64,000 bases of DNA, taken from positions 3,782,001 to 3,846,000 of the forward strand of contig NC_135668.1 of assembly GCF_964188315.1 (NCBI RefSeq), given 5' to 3'. Shown here piece after piece: positions 10,993-24,231 of this stretch (its first letter is position 1; every line of letters begins with the position of its first letter). Made by a program: the position numbers and the translations under genes. The notes beneath the pieces are model-generated. The model saw only the letters and a program-made list of their open reading frames with translations. It did not search any database and was not told where the DNA came from. Origin of the DNA: Podarcis muralis. Its lineage: Eukaryota.

Positions 10993-13900
10993 TGTAATAT
11001 CATTAATCCATTAGTAATTAATTAATTGGTTGATTGTATAAGGCTTTGGTTTGATTCCTAATCACTTTACCAGAAATATTAAATTGAAGAAATGTAAATG
11101 CCACAAAATGTAAATTTATTCACATTGTATTAACATTTGGATTATTTTTAAAAATACTTTAAAGTCATAAGACATCTGACTTCTAAATAGCCTGTTTGAT
11201 TATTAATTTTGTTTGACTTGTTAAAAAAACGATTGTGTGATTAGTCAAACAAATTAACAGATCATCCAAATATTTTACATCAATTCTTCAAGTTCATAGA
11301 TGTGTCTAAGGCAATCATCTGGGAATTGAAAACCATCCACAAATGGTTGCCTTGGACACCCACTTACAAGGAGCCAGCTTTGGCGTTAACTCTGTAGTTT
11401 TATCTCCAAGGAAAGAGGTGGCAGGAAACAATTATGATGTCAATACTTATCCATATTTACATATATTTGGGAATCTTTTATTAGAGCTCATAGTTGAATT
11501 GAAATCTTTCCAAAATTATTGCCTTAAAACTGCATCAAGAATACTTTGCACTCAGCTTTGTCCAGAATGATCACATGGCAATCATGCGTCCCTTACTGGA
11601 CACTCAAAATCTGGATAATCACATAACCAGAAAAAGCATACAATTTTGTATTGGCACTGGTCCATTAATATTTCCCAAACTACATAAATTGCGCACACAG
11701 AACAGACACTTAGGAACAAATATAAAAATAAAAATTAGATATGCTTTCTAATTAGTTCAGCTTTATAGGATTATAATCTCTTCTAGATGTACGTATTTCA
11801 CCCTGTAATTTTCTGATCATCCTTTACACTTAACAAACAGGCTCACTCCTTTGAAAATATCTGAGTACCTCTTACAAAGCTGTCTCATTTTGAAGGATTA
11901 AGCTGCTAATAGATCAGAAAGGGAAAAAAACACTTTCAACAAACAACCACTTTTTAGTCTTAGAAGAGAACCAGGATGTAAGCACAACAGAACATGCAAT
12001 GGATGCTTTATATATACTTAACGGTGGTTACTTCTGTATAAAAATAAAAATGAATTGCAATGTTGTGGCAATTAGGAAAGAAAGCATGAGTAGAACACAT
12101 GATACATAAATTAAACAAAGTGGGGATGTTGCAGTTGGAGAAGGGCATTCAACCACTTAGCTGAGATGATGAAATCAATTTCTCTTTGGCCTGACTGTTA
12201 AACAGAGTGAGTCTTAAATTCTTATTTAACTTCTGTTTCCTTTACTGCTGCTTCTGCTTTTAATAAACATGGAAAGAGGCACAAACCTCACACATCAAGG
12301 AAAGCTTAGCAGAGCAATTCCAACTCTGGTTGGGGAGCAGCATGGCAAAATGGAGTGGCAGAGCTCATGCCAGCCAGGACAGAATGTGGGCGGGACTAGT
12401 AATGGTTACCTTTTCTGCTGCAGCAGGACCAGACTGGCGCAGCAGTGGCCTTAATTGGGCTCTTCATTGGACCAGCTTAGGATTGAACAAAACTTTGGCC
12501 AGCCCAGCTCTGCTCCTTCCACTAAATGTTCCATTTTGGAGCCCTCCATTGGCTGATGTTGGCACTAGTGACCAGTGGAGACCAGTAGATCCTATATCCC
12601 TCCAGAAGCAAAGACCTGGGTTTAGAACTGCAGCCTTCCTTCCGCACTCCTATTAGGGCCTTTTAGAACATTTTAAATACTCTGCTCTATGGTTTGGCAC
12701 AGTGGCAGCACTACCTTCTACATATTTATATTAATTACTGAATTATATGGGGATTGTTATCATGCAGCTTACCCTCCCTTCCAATTTTGGTTTTATTTTG
12801 TTAAAGTAAAGCACATTCACCAACAGCGGGGGAGTTTAATAACCTGTTCTGGGCAGAATATTATTCAGTTTATTTTGAATTGCATGGCTCTCATTAAAAC
12901 AGCAGCTTATAACAATAGTTTTAAGGATAACATAAACTTAAACAGGAGTTTAACACCGAGGATTAATTCTGTATTGCAAAATACTGACAATGAACTTTAC
13001 ATAAAAATACAACTTTAGATTCATTGTGTCTAAAAGTGTATTGGCACCCAATGTTTTTTCATTATAGAAATTTAGAAAATATACAGCACATTTGCTTTGG
13101 AAAATAAACTAGTGTATTGCCAGCTTCTTCAGCGTTGTCTAAAATTCTGCCCCAGAAGCCTCTGTGTTGGCCAGAACCACAAGGGCCAAGATACAGGCCA
13201 AGATACATGCTATGCTTATTGTGTAATATGCAGCAATGTTTTTTTTACTTAAATTACAGATGCAGAGGAATGCAGGATTCCTATCATAACACATAGTGAA
13301 AGGAGGTTTACTACTTCTCTTCCCCAGCTTTGATCAGAATAGAAACTGCCCCTCCCATATGGCTATGAGTTTCAATGGGTGGAGAATCCCTTTGGCACCA
13401 GCCCCTTGCCATGCAGGAGGAGCAATTCCCATAAGCCTCCTGTCACCATGTGGTACATTTATGTTTGAATTTATGCACTTCATCGTGCCTGTAATTTAAT
13501 TAACAAAAATCAAAGGTTTTTCACAGTAAGCATAACATGTAGTTGGTCCCAAGATGACATATAGAAGTATTGAAGAGTCTATGATTAAAACATTATGAAC
13601 AGTGGCTATCTGAAATAAAATTAAAGTATTTTGTTTCATGGGCCAAAACAAGCTCATTTCTCTAATACATTAAACAAAATACTCAGAGCACTGGAATTAT
13701 TATTATCTTGTGCCAATCCTTAAAAGAGTTGAGCAGTACAGGGTCTGGAAACCCAAACAACTGAAATTCACTTGGATAAAAAATGTCTCTGCCCAGTTCA
13801 GTTGTGCAATGGAGGGATAGTATGAAACTTTTGAAAAGCCATTTGTCCCAGAAGTACTGGCCACCCTGTTGAAGAGTTCTACAAGATCCCTGAGCACATT

Positions 13901-14625
13901 TGTTTCAGACTTTTTAACCCCAACTTCTAAATGGTAGGGCATCTATTATTGATAACAAGATGGATTGTCATTCACAGTTAAGTCAATCATAAGGTGCTTA
14001 TATACCCCTTTTGTTCCCCAATTTGCACAAAGAACTGTCAGAATTTTTCATTGTGAATGGCAGGGCATGAATGATTACATGATTAATGTTTTTTGGCAGT
14101 GGCGTTAGGATTATTATCTGGCTGCCCCTTGACAACAACAAGTGATTCAATCGACATTCCTTAGCAAAAAAAAGAAGGCAAAAAAAAAATATGTACAACA
14201 AATATGTATTTTTTCCCTGAGGGGTCAAGGTTTAAACCCGCAAGTGCTCTATGTACATATTGCACTATAGAGGAGTGAAGTACATGTGCAAAAAAGCAAC
14301 GATGACTGAAGCTTACTAATATATATATATATAAAGAAAAAATTATTATGCTATGTCCTCACACATTATGGAATGTCGGTAACACAAATAGCTTTCCTGT
14401 CATCTAAAACTTAAAAACAAAAAACCACAACCCACATCTCTACTATGGCACATTCAATGAAATAAAATCTTTTCCAAAGACAAGTAGACAAATTCCATCA
14501 ACAAAAATAATACAAAGTTGGTTTGTTTGTTTTTTCTTTTTCTTTTTCTGAAAAATTACATTGCTTTCTTTCATTGTTTCACATTACAAAATCTTTTTGT
14601 TTGTTAATCTTTACACAAATCACAT

Positions 14626-14631
14626 TTTATT
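14626..14631 (-). terminator. Candidate alternative (proximal) RORA polyadenylation signal AATAAA
   Basis: TTTATT on plus; on the minus strand CA dinucleotides follow about 20 nt later, then TTTTGTAATGTG. Confidence 0.3.
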
Positions 14632-16283
14632 GCAGGAATATTTCAAGTGCCATCAAATATTTATAGAAGGGTTAAAAAAATAGAAGTCTCTCTAAGTGGT
14701 CCAGACAAGGCTTTATATAGAATATTTTTTCCACCTTCTATTTTTGACTTAAATATCTTCAACACATTTTCTTTATTCTATGGACACTTAATGGCCAGAA
14801 GCAACCACACACACACAGTGGTACACACATTCATACCTTGATAGCCATATGATGATGGTGATGGTCTAAAAGCTCCAGAAAAGAACAACTAAACTTAAAA
14901 CAGTATCTCGCATCATGTCATTTCAAAACAGAGACGCAAAAGTATATAACCGTGGTCTAAGACTACACATCTTATTTTAGAAATAAATTCTATCTTGAAA
15001 TATTCCAACTGTACCAGATGTCCAGCAAAATGAGATAGAACATGAAAATCCAAGACAATTTTTAACTTAACAGCTTTCTGGAGTGATTGATTCTAATACC
15101 TGTAGCCATTTTATATAACTTCATCAAATTATATAGTACAGTCCCAAAAGATTCCCACACTTTATACATTTGAATTTATTCTACAGCCTGCAAGTTTTCT
15201 AATGGAATATACGGTAGTAGCCCGTCATATTGTGATTTTAGTCCTTATTCTCAGCTTCTTTTCCCAGATAGGTTTTGCCCCTGCTCTGATGCTGGCATCT
15301 ACATGCTTTCAGCTACAGCTTGAGTTCTTCGGCATGTTAAAAAGGCATCAGCAACAGTTCCCACCATTTCAAAGCATAATTTGCTGTTAACTGAGATGAA
15401 GAAAACATGGGCTAGTTTATGCACCAATTAACGGATTTTGGAAAAAGCTATAAGTGATTACGGGGTGTCTAATGTGTAGACCTAAAGTGCTTGGCTTTCA
15501 AGACAGGAGTGAACCTGGTGTCTGCTTTTAGGGATAAGATTGGGAATGATATGGCATTGCCTACAAGTAAGGACCAATTCAATATCTGAATATATTTTGT
15601 GTGAGCAGATAAATGTAAAATATTTACTAACAATAACAGAGGCCGTGACTGAGAGTCAATACGAAATACCAAAATATAACTAACCCTTTTACTGCCAGAA
15701 GTGAATACTGTTCATTTTTCATTTGAATCAACTTTATACATTTTGTCTCTAGTAAATGGCTGGCCTTAAACAGGCGCTGGCTGGTAGATACTGGAGTTTT
15801 AATTTAGCTGAACTTTAAAACTAAATTAGCATTTGAGGGAGGTCACATTAAAAAAACCCTCATTTGCTAAACAGCCTGGATTTAAGCTTGGACTGCATCT
15901 ATAAAAAGACCAGAATTAACATTTACTACCAGTTACTCCAATAAAATAAACAAAACTTATGAGGATGGCAAAATTCTGTCCATGTAGCTAGCAGGATTTT
16001 CATTCTTTAGAAACAGCTCCCCTGTACTGGGGTAGAGGAAAACTGAATATTGGGATGCTTTCAAAATTCCATTCACTGGATGCAATTAAAGTTTATTGTG
16101 ATCAGGGGTTTCTCAGACTTTTCTGGGAATCTATTTGCTATCTCTTGGCATGCATTAGAGGGTTGCTTATAGAAAGGAATGGGTGAGCTGCTATATGTGC
16201 AGAGCGCCAAGAACATATGTGAGCCAGCCATAGCTCTGCCTGTGTTTGTTGAAACTGTATCGTAGATGCCTTCTTACAAAGTA

Positions 16284-16506
16284 CAGTGGTACCTCAGTTT
16301 ACAAACTTAATCCATTCCGGAAGTCCGTTCTTAAACCAAGGCGCGCTTTCCCTAATGAGGCTTCCCATCACTGGTGCCCTTCCACCGTTCGGATTCCGTT
16401 CGTAGACCGAGGTAAAGTTCTCAAACCAAGACACTATTCCGGTTTTGCGGAGTTTGTAAACCAAATCGTTCTTAAACCGGACTGTTCTTAAACCGAGGTA
16501 CCACTG
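16284..16506. mobile_element. Tc1/mariner-type MITE inside the RORA 3' UTR
   Basis: TA-CAGTGGTACCTC...GAGGTACCACTG-TA. Confidence 0.9.
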
Positions 16507-16685
16507 TATCTGTGGTCACTAGAAAGGGTAAATGGCAAGAGGACTGCATTTGAATTTCCCATTTCTACATTCCCAACCTAAGTGGCTCAGGAGCATAGAG
16601 ATCTGCTGCTCTGCTCACAGATGGGAGGTACATACATGAAGGCAGCCATGTGTGTAACCTTACATAGAACTGCTGGTATATATTA

Positions 16686-16964
16686 CAGTGGTGCCCCGCA
16701 AGATGAATGCCTCGCAAGACGAAAAACTCACTAGACGAAAGGGTTTTCCGTTTTTTGAGTCATTCCGCAAGACGAATTTCCCTATGGGCTTGCTTCGCAA
16801 GACGAAACGTCTTGCGAGTTCTTGCGAGTTTGTTTCCTTTTTCTTAAAGCCGCTAAGCCGTTAATAGCCGCTAAACCGCTAATAGCCGTGCTTCGCAAGA
16901 CGAAAAAACCGCAAGACGAAGAGACTCGCGGAACGGATTAATTTCGTCTTGCGAGGCACCACTG
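16686..16964. mobile_element. Tc1/mariner-type MITE (CAGTGGTGCC family) inside the RORA 3' UTR
   Basis: TA-CAGTGGTGCCCCGCAAGA...TCTTGCGAGGCACCACTG-TA; paralogous to 39947-40291. Confidence 0.9.
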
Positions 16965-18938
16965 TACTAACATGTCTGCATGAGTAGCTCCTGTCTGCAA
17001 GCCCAACATGGCCCTAAAATGTTTGCATGTTCAATTTTGTTTGCACATTAGATCCTTTCAGAACTAATTAGGCCTTGATTTCCCTAGATGCTAACAAGCT
17101 GCCCTGGGAGTGATAGAGATGAAAGATTCTGCAGCTATAAGTTTGTTTCCTGTCTGACTGAACTGGCTTCACAGTTCTAATGCCTATAGAAAATTTAATC
17201 TTACAGTTTGCACTGGGCATGTAGGAACCCTCAAAGATGAGAATTTTCAGCTCTTTATACTACATTGAATGAAGACTTTGGGGCTCAAAACAAACAGGTC
17301 CAACTGCATAGCCCCTCATGCACCTTGCTTAATAGGAATTTTGTATTACCTTTTACATGTGAATTACTACTACACTGTATGCTAGAATGCACGTATACTC
17401 CAACAAGTAAATAAAATTTTTCATACCTTGCAAGAGGTCATTTTGAAATAAAAAAAATACTTAAATAATCATAATATCCAATATTAGGCAAAAAAAATTT
17501 TTTTTGAGATTTTCTTTAGGAGCCTGAAAAATCCATGTCTAGACAGCTGGATGGTTGGTCTTTTGATGAAAACTTTCAGGCACTGAGACAAGAAGATTAC
17601 ATCAGTCTGTATGCTTTAAATTTAAATCATCAGGATGCTAAAAATTGCTATATTATAAAATTTATTTTACAAAGAGTCATTTGAATAAGTTAGGTGTAGT
17701 TTGAAGAACTCCCTTGCTTTACAATTTATCCTGAGAAGAATCTTTTACTCTTTGATACATTTTCTCAATCAAGGGTGTTGGTGGAATCAGGGTTAGAAGT
17801 GTACTTCGGAATAACTGAGTTCTTGACTTGTCAACAGATAAAAAATAGCACAGTTGCCACCTCTAGCTGAGTAGGATTTAGGATTTGTCACAAAAACACA
17901 ATGACCTAAGACTGTTTAAGGTTGAATAAAATACTCCAGATGGTATGTAAATAATTCCTAAAATAATGACTCAAATTAGAACTTAGGTTCTAAAATGTTT
18001 AGGTTTGTACGAAACTGCTACATTGGTGGAGAGAAGCACTCCCTAGCCCTAATAAATATGTATGTCCTTTTTATTTTCTCTTCAGTAACAAAACAAGATT
18101 TCTCAAAAAGTGTGTGATTCACTTATACTTGAAACCACATTTGAAACAACACTTGGAAAATTCAGTATCACATGTATGCATTGTGGTAGGATGTGGCCTA
18201 ATTCAAAGTCATGGTTTATGATCCATTCGCTACCAGGAAAGCAAACTGTGCCGAGATTTTTCTGTGTGGAAAGCCATCTGTGTAACATAGCAGCCACGTG
18301 GTTGGCATCCATTTTAACTACGCCAGTGAAATGAGGGTTTTTGCTGTTTGTAGTTAAACTGGGCCCAATCAATATGGTGTGCCTTATCGGTGGCAATGGT
18401 ATTGCCAGTTTAATGTATGTGGGCCTGTTTTATTCCTTGGAAGGTGGGGAAATAAGAGAAGATTGAAAGGGCTATTCCTAAATTAATTTCTTTAGAGTCA
18501 GATACTTCATTTCATTTCATAATCCACTATTCACATAACTGGCCATCCTGGACAGCTTATTGAGCATTCCTCTGTGGCTAAAAAGTGCAGCACTCAGTTG
18601 AAATCAAGCTTTAGGCCTTTTTCTCTAGGTGTGGGGACCCGCTTAAATTACACTGTTTAGTTTATGGAGTAAGTAGCCACATGTAAACCCACTTTTACTA
18701 AATAAAATAAACAACAGTGCCACAATCCAGCAAACAGTTATTCAGTCTTAAATATTAAAGAGATTTGGGCACTCTTAACTGTACGCTGGATTTAAGTCAA
18801 GGGAGACAATTCACCAGGAAACACTATTACAATTTGGAAATCTCCCATTCATTTCAATCAGGACTACACAAAAGAACTTTGTGATGGATTGTACCCTATC
18901 TGTCTCAACAGATGACTAATGGTGCACATGCACTTGCT

Positions 18939-18940
<2 letters not shown>

Positions 18941-18980
<40 letters not shown>
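18941..18980. repeat. (AC)20 microsatellite
   Basis: Direct reading. Confidence 0.95.
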
Positions 18981-18983
<3 letters not shown>

Positions 18984-20129
18984 AAATGTAAACAAAAGTA
19001 TTAGGACCGATATTTCCAAAAGATATGTATCTAAATTTGGTTTTCTGAATCCGTATTTAGTCACCTAAGGAATCGGCTGACTTTAAAATGAGCTAATTTT
19101 TCAGTAGCACCTTTAAAGTGATTAAATATAGATTTTCTCTATCCCTATGTCAGCAATCTCTTTAAGAACAGGGATTGTTTTGTTTATATATTAAATTGTC
19201 TTTTAAAAACACAAGCTAAAACTCGCAGTTTAGAAACTTGTCTTCCCCCCTCCCCCCCTCGTCCCATTACACAAAATCACTGAAGGTATTTCGTGATATG
19301 ACCGGCCTCTCTTTAAAAGTAAATGTGGAAAACAGCAGCATAAACACCTTGCAGTGTCCCTATACCTTCCAAACCTCCCACAGTTAAACTTGAAGTTCTG
19401 GTGCACATGCAGCACAACAATGAACACGCTAGCATATAATTTAAAAGAAAAAGGTGCAAAATGAAAGTGCCTTATCAATTCAACAATAAAAGCTATACCA
19501 GTAACTACATTTTATATTAATTAAAACAATATTATAAACAATATCTCTTTTGCTATATATAGACTTCGTGCCCATTTACCCTGTAATAGATTATAATGCT
19601 ATTGTCACTATTGCTATGGACCCTTTTCATGCCATTCCGCCTACTGGCAATCAACGGTAGGGTGAAAAGAAATCGTCCTTCATGAAACAATGAGCAAGTT
19701 GTGCAAACTGATGCTGAAGCCTCTGCAATGCACACCAGTCGCTGGTTTCTAGCTGGAGATTCTGTTCTTACTAACAAAACGTCGTTCTGTGAAAGTCTGT
19801 GGGCAGTGAGTTTCAAGGAAAAGGAAACCTCCTGATTTTTTAGTACCCTCATTCTGCATAAACAGAAGTCAAAGACAGAAGTCAAGACAAAAAAAGGGTC
19901 CATATCGGTAGGGATCATGGAAATCATTTGTGTGAGAAAAACAAGTTCAACTTTTATGTCATTTCCCCCATTTTTTCTGCCTGACCCCATTCGCCAGAAG
20001 ATGTGCAGTGTGTTGGCTCCCTAGGTCTATGCAGGACCATATAAAGTGTCTTGGTTTCTATTATCTTTTTTTCCTTTTCTCTTTTAAAGTTTGTACTTCA
20101 GACATTCTAGAAGTGCTTAGGTGATACGT

Positions 20130-20483
<354 letters not shown>

Positions 20484-21138
20484 TTAGAAAAGCCACAGGG
20501 AAAATAAGGAGAGACTTTGTTGCAACTAAATTCTGCCTTTCAAAGTGTTCCATATGGCTATTTGTTAAGGGAGACTTGTGAAGCCTGTAAAACTAAAGTA
20601 GCAACAATTATCCATTTTAAATTGTTCCATTAACATCAGTAACAAATAATACGTACCTTAAGCCTGTATTTTTTGTATGACTTAATATAATTTGTATAAT
20701 TTAAACATGTATCAACAAAATCTTCCATAACATTTCCACAATCAAAGCATCATACTTGCAGCCTAACTAGTACTTAATTTCTAAAAGGTGAGCTGTTGGA
20801 GTTCAGATCCTGCTTGAATGGCATACACTCAAATCTGAAAGCCCTTTGCCCTAATCCCGCATGTGTGCATGTGTGAGGGTTGGTGGCTGGCAGGCTGTAG
20901 TATTTAGTAGGAAAAGGAATGCACATGCTCAAAAGTACCTTACTCCTGTTCCTTTGTTCCACAGTAAAGCTGCTGCATTGCAAACTGGTTCCTAAAATGA
21001 AATCAGGTAGCCCTAGCTTAAATTAATCCTTGAGCGCTGATTCAGTAGTTTATGTGGAATGAATACATCAAGCAGAGGCAAACATAATCTATTTTTGTGA
21101 AGGTATACGGCTAATTTTCCACTCTTCAAAAACAAAAT

Positions 21139-21239
21139 CACATGACCCGGAAGCTGTACTTGGCCAGTAAAGTGAGATGAGCGCCACAACCCCAGAGTTG
21201 GCTACGACTGGATCTAATGGTCAGGGGTCCCTTTACCTT
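21139..21239 (+). mobile_element. 5'-truncated Sauria SINE fragment
   Basis: CACATGACCCGGAAG...GTCAGGGGTCCCTTTACCTT; reverse complement of part of 31152-31487. Confidence 0.85.
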
Positions 21240-21283
21240 GTATGTATGTATGTATGTATGTATGTATGTATGTATGTATGTAT
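21240..21283. repeat. (GTAT)11 microsatellite
   Basis: Direct reading. Confidence 0.95.
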
Positions 21284-21640
21284 TTCCATTTATAATCAGC
21301 CCTTCACAGTATCTCAGGGCAGATTACAACAGAGGTCAAAATAACAATTTATTCCAAATAAAACAATCTTCTAAAGTTATAATTTAAAACAACCACCCAA
21401 GTAACAAAGCACTGCAGAGAAGGGAAGACCATTTGGTGTTCATCCTCAACACCAAAGGCCTGGGGGCGGGGGGAGTTGTTTCTTGATCTGCTCCTGGAAA
21501 GGACATAATGGTGGGACCAAGCACACATTGGAGGGGAGTGTTTTCCATGTCACACCACAGAGAAAGCCCTGCTCTCACATGCCACCACCTCTTTGAGTTT
21601 CACAGGGTGGAGGCACCATCAGCAGGGTCTCTCCTGCCAA
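21284..21640 (-). mobile_element. Degenerate L2-type LINE 3' fragment
   Basis: CACCACAGAGAAAGCCC (reverse of the RAFSV-type coding motif) and typical tail composition. Confidence 0.5.
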
Positions 21641-21936
21641 TTTTATCATTTTTGCTGCTCTAATTAAGGTGACTAATATTCACCAGAAAAAGGCGTGTTG
21701 CACACAACACAGTAAGCCAAAGCCTTGCTTACTGGAACTGTGTAAATGCATGGGGTCCTGAAGAGGAACTTGCAGCTGGCTGGCTTCTCCTTGGTTACAG
21801 CTTATGGTCAGTGAAGACAGAGCTTAATCATGAGTCCCAATTCAGATGACACTCTTAAGTGGCAGTAAAAAAAGACCAGGGAGGACACTTACTCTGTTGT
21901 GCAAACCAGGCCATTGTCAGACTCTGTAGCTCTTAC

Positions 21937-22049
21937 CTTTGTTAAGATTCCATCTTCCCGGTGGTTCTTCTGTAATACATGTTGAAGTGCTAACTGAATC
22001 TTCTGTTGGAGCTTTTCTATTTTTACTTTCTCCTGAAGCCATGATCGGT
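21937..22049 (-). CDS. RORA: RORA coding exon (LBD)
   Basis: (D)[37 protein letters not shown]; TTTTAG / GTAAGA; 113 nt. Confidence 0.98.
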
Positions 22050-23676
22050 CTAAAATGAAAATTACCCGTGTTGAAATCTTACAAATATAAACATACAATA
22101 TGATTAAATCTAGTATTCAAAATGTTTTTGAAACTACCTTCCACAAACTACTTTCTACAATTATTTCTTCTTAATGCACGACTACATAAAATTGTGCAAA
22201 GTTTAACAACACCCAAAAGGGATACACCTGCAATTCTGCACACTGGTAGGCATATTTCCTTTCTCTTTATTTCAGTCCCATGTGTACAAAATGAATGGGA
22301 CTCTACCATACCAGAGCATACGCTTGTGTACAGTGGGGTTTCCTACAATACAGTAAAATCAAGTCATGGTGACATGAAAAAGTGATGTATTGTCAAGTAG
22401 AGAGTTGTCAAGTGATATATATGCATGTGTGAATCAGCCCATAAAGTCATGTTTTCTGGTGCTTCTCCTAAGCAACTAGCTATACATTCCATACTAAGCA
22501 TTTGTTCTTTAGCACAGCGAATCCTATAGTTGTCCTAGTGTTCACACACCATTCTTAAATAGTCGCTCTTGGCTATGTGCATAATCATTAGGATTGTGAA
22601 TCAATTATAAGATTTGGGTTGGATTCGAATTTGGCTCTTTCGAAAGCAACCCACTTTGGTTTGAAGTGCTTCTGAGGCTCCCTGGAGAGTGGCAGTGAGG
22701 AAAGAAACTTTGTCCTTTCCAAAGCAAATCTGCCTTGGAAAAAACAAAGCTCTGTTCCACTTCACCACCTTCGCTATTACGGAGAATAAAAAAATGGCAA
22801 ATAACTTTCCCCTTTAAATAGACGTGGTTGGCATTTCAGGCATAGTAGCCCCTCCAGAGTTTATAAAGCTTGCCAAATTACAGGCAAACAAGTCCAGGTG
22901 TTTTTGTGCTAAGCACATTTAAAGTATGATTTTTTATTTTATTTTAAGGAACATTCTATAACTTTTTAATCAGCATTGTATGGCATCTGCAAGCATGGTA
23001 GGCCATTATGTGGCAACAAAACCTGCCAAATTAAGGGAAAACCTTTCCAGTTTGGAGTGTAGTGGATAAAAGAAAAGGATCTTAAGTGTTCTGGGGGGCA
23101 TTGGTCTAAAAATTGCAGAAATGAGAGGCTGAAAGTTACAAAAATGAAGTGCAAAGCTAATTTGATATGTGGATGTAGGCAGAAATACTTGAACGTCCAG
23201 CATTTCCCAAGTAGGTCCCACTAGCAGAACCAACCCTTCCTCAAAGCACCATGAGTAGTAAAATCGTTTCTTCCATGGTAAAATAATTGCCTCTGCACTG
23301 TTGTCACTTTCTTGTAACATGGAAGTCACTTTCACTATCACAGGGATTGTTTCTAATCAGTAGTTAAAAGGTTTTCAGTACCAGACCTTACAGAACTGAC
23401 TGCTGAAAGCAGCCAATTATATTTCTATTCTGCTCCTTCCAACAGTTATCTAAGTATAGGATTTGATGATAAACAAGTGCAGAAGATATTTCTTTCTTGT
23501 GGAGTATAAAGTGATTGTTAAACAAATCTAATAAAATCAAATTAATTTTTTAATGCAAAAAGTAGTGGATCCCGCTGCTGTCTACCAAATGCAGTGGATC
23601 AAAACTATGTGTACCCTCTATAGTCGTCACCACCACAGGTTATGTTTTAAATTTAGTGTGAAGGAAATCTTAGATA

Positions 23677-23906
23677 CAGCTTAGTTTATGAACAACTTGG
23701 ATTAAGAATGCTGCAAACCCGGAAGTAGGTGTTTTGGTTTGTGAACTTTGCCTTGGAATAACAACATGTTTTGCTTCCTGTTGAGTGTGTTTCATTTGTA
23801 AATGGAGTCCCCCGCTGCTATGGGAAAGCACGCTTTGGTTTAAGAATGCTTTGGTTTAAGAACGGACTTCCGGAACAGATTAAGTTCGTAAACCAGGGTA
23901 TCACTG
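23677..23906. mobile_element. Old Tc1/mariner-type MITE relic
   Basis: AAGAACGGACTTCCGGAAC...AAGTTCGTAAACCAGGGTATCACTG resembles the ends of the other mariner MITEs; left TIR eroded. Confidence 0.55.
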
Positions 23907-24231
23907 CACTTGGTGACTCAGGCAAAAGCTGAACATATAAGAAAGATTTATTATATAGAACAAAGTGGATAAAACAAAGGATGTATCAGAAGATAATGTT
24001 CTTTCAGGAAACAGCCAACCTATTAATAATGATACTGAATCTAATGGATGCTACAGGCTTCTAATCAAGCACAACTTCTTTTAAACCTCAGTTGCTTATG
24101 TTCAGTTATTACGCTTCAGTTAGATGTTACAGGTTTCTAGACTAGTTATTTTGAGTTATTTCACTTCATTTCCTTAATTTTGTTCCAGCATAGGTGTTAC
24201 AGCTGAATACTTTGCTTCTTAAATAAGATGG

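Larger units (their letters stand above)
10965..20129 (-). other. RORA: RORA 3' UTR (distal end uncertain; may extend to about 6790)
   Basis: Follows the TAA stop at 20130. The proximal part (CACCTAAGCACTTCTAGAATGTCTGAAGTACAAAC; GACACTTTATATGG) matches the mammalian RORA UTR as I recall it; AT-rich, TE-poor, rich in miRNA and PUM motifs. Confidence 0.6.

Noticed and set aside
16686-16964. Regularly recurring GCAAGACG and GCCGCTAA motifs as a CRISPR-like array
   Set aside because: Repeats are 8-10 bp, irregularly spaced, in both orientations, and enclosed by TIRs and a TA TSD in a vertebrate genome
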